Shown here piece by piece: positions 62,693-64,000 of a stretch of DNA of 64,000 nt (position 1 is the stretch's first letter; each line of letters opens with the position of its first letter). Under the pieces are notes generated by a model. That model was not told the DNA's origin and searched no databases. It saw only the letters and a program-made list of their open reading frames with translations. Origin of the DNA: an uncultured virus (IMG/VR IMGVR_UViG_3300030524_000003) (Duplodnaviria > Heunggongvirae > Uroviricota > Caudoviricetes); the IMG/VR virus record IMGVR_UViG_3300030524_000003; one strand, 5' to 3'. Made by a program: the position numbers and the translations under genes.

Positions 62693-63706
62693 TTAATAGT
62701 CGTCCCATCCACCACCTCCGCCGGCCATGATCGGATGCATCGCATCCCATAGACCGCCGCCAGGGGTATAGTACGGCAAACCTTCGCCTGGATATATAAG
62801 ATTCGTTCGATACAGGTTCTCATCATTGTCGGCCATCTTCAATAGCTCAGCCTCAAAGTCAGCACGTTTGCGCGCAGACTCCGCCGCATCGTAGTACGGA
62901 TTCTGCCTCGGGCCACGCCAGATCAGAGCCTCGGCAATCGCGTGCTTGATGACCACGTCCGCCCGTATATAAGGCGGGAGCGCATCCGAATCGTTGACCA
63001 GATTCGGCGGCTGCGTGTACGCCAAAAACGGAAGCGCCTGCTGAATCCACGACAACGGGTAGAGTTCGATGATGTAGTTTCCGTTTGAGTCTGGTGGCAC
63101 CGCAGCGACGCCCCACGGAAAAACTCCGCCCGACTGCCTCCATGGGTCAATATTGTTGAGGAGGTCCTGGGTCAGATTCAGGCGAATCTTGATCGCCTGA
63201 ATCATATTCACCATCGTCTTGATGTACTTGATGTTCGGCCCGATATTGAAATAGTACTGCGCGATGAAGTAGCCGCTCGAAACCGATGGCGAACCCCACG
63301 GCATCTCCAGCGTCAACACCTGGTTCACTGTGTCCACGCCGATGATCGTGTAGATAGGATTGTTGTAGCCGATACGGAACTGCCGACCGACTACATCGGC
63401 TGTCCATGCGGTGTTCGTCCCCACCACTGAAGCCGATCCCAGCGTCGTCGCCGCAGTACCGCCAACAATCGCGGCAGGGCAAACAACCTGGCCTTTAGTG
63501 AATAGCCCGTACCACGTCTTGCGATCGTAGATCGTCCTGACGGCGTCGTTGATCCATTGGCCGGCGATCGCCGTCGCATCTGGATTCACAGAATTGATTC
63601 GCCCGATCATCTGGCCGAAGTTCATCTGGTTGACGTAAGGATTTACGCCCTGAGTTGGAAGAACTTGGTTTGGGATTTGGACGGAGGTGGAAGGGATTAT
63701 CGGCAT
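62693..63706 (-). CDS. Head-tail adaptor-like protein with an inserted beta module
   Basis: MNFGQMI...WINDAVR.I; IELYP; LVNDSDALP; insert GTAATTLGSASVVGTNTAWT. Confidence 0.65.
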   Translation of the reverse strand: MPIIPSTSVQIPNQVLPTQGVNPYVNQMNFGQMIGRINSVNPDATAIAGQWINDAVRTIYDRKTWYGLFTKGQVVCPAAIVGGTAATTLGSASVVGTNTAWTADVVGRQFRIGYNNPIYTIIGVDTVNQVLTLEMPWGSPSVSSGYFIAQYYFNIGPNIKYIKTMVNMIQAIKIRLNLTQDLLNNIDPWRQSGGVFPWGVAAVPPDSNGNYIIELYPLSWIQQALPFLAYTQPPNLVNDSDALPPYIRADVVIKHAIAEALIWRGPRQNPYYDAAESARKRADFEAELLKMADNDENLYRTNLIYPGEGLPYYTPGGGLWDAMHPIMAGGGGGWDDY

Positions 63707-63736
63707 AGAACGACTCTCCCTTCCTTCCGGATTAGA

Positions 63737-64000
63737 TTACTCGCCAGAGGCGTAAACGATGACACCGAAGATGAAGGTGGTCATATCGACTGCGTTTGCA
63801 ACTTCAGCACCAGCGATATAGGCCTGGACCTTACCAGTCTGCTCGTTGTAGACAATGGTATAACCAGCGCCAGCCGTGTTGACTGAAATCTGACTTATAC
63901 CAATGATGCCGTTACTCGTGGCTCCTGGACCACCAGTTGCAGCCAAACCCCAAAGCGCACCAGTCACGGCAATACCGCCAGTGGCGTAGACTCCGAGACT
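63737..64000 (-). CDS. Putative head decoration/structural protein, 5'-truncated by the window edge
   Basis: Frame open to position 64000 (SLGVYATGG...EVANAVD). Confidence 0.5.
   Translation of the reverse strand, partial: SLGVYATGGIAVTGALWGLAATGGPGATSNGIIGISQISVNTAGAGYTIVYNEQTGKVQAYIAGAEVANAVDMTTFIFGVIVYASGE

Noticed and set aside
1..64000. Integrase/att sites, transposase, reverse transcriptase (DGR or retron), capsid, terminase
   Set aside because: No corresponding motifs were seen in any ORF; the head and packaging genes probably lie beyond the right edge.

Overview
This window is a 64-kb slice of a tailed dsDNA phage or prophage with podovirus-like gene content. It is GC-rich and almost entirely encoded on the minus strand. 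An Acidobacteriota-like host is my impression from the protein style and is not established. Reading the minus strand from the right end, there is a structural module: three head-tail adaptor-like paralogs, a gp10/nozzle-like protein, a GNAT, DNA-ejection proteins and a 3,100-aa polyvalent protein with ddrB-ParB, HExxH and SF2-helicase parts. An accessory block follows with peptide deformylase, two glycosyltransferases, FN3-like secreted proteins, and a Tat lipoprotein next to a papain-like peptidase. Next is a recombination/replication block (RecT, exonuclease, HNHs, two KTSC proteins, DnaB, an acyl carrier protein, initiator/loader-like proteins, a C5 methylase-like protein). A second block of fibre/spike-like genes and dispersed lysis genes ends the minus-strand run. 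Four signals stand out. (1) There are two large, probably non-coding, highly paired RNAs: about 443 nt with its own promoter, a group-I-like P7 signature and an ACCA end, and about 374 nt with tRNA-like acceptor/D/T arms around a large insert. (2) Six large tail-fibre/spike-like proteins all carry Sec signal peptides. (3) A 10-bp ATGC(AA/TT)GCAT operator-like motif sits in sigma70-type promoters at nine sites. (4) An acyl carrier protein gene is translationally coupled inside the replication operon. I saw no capsid, terminase, integrase or CRISPR array. All family calls come from motif recognition by eye, not from database searches.
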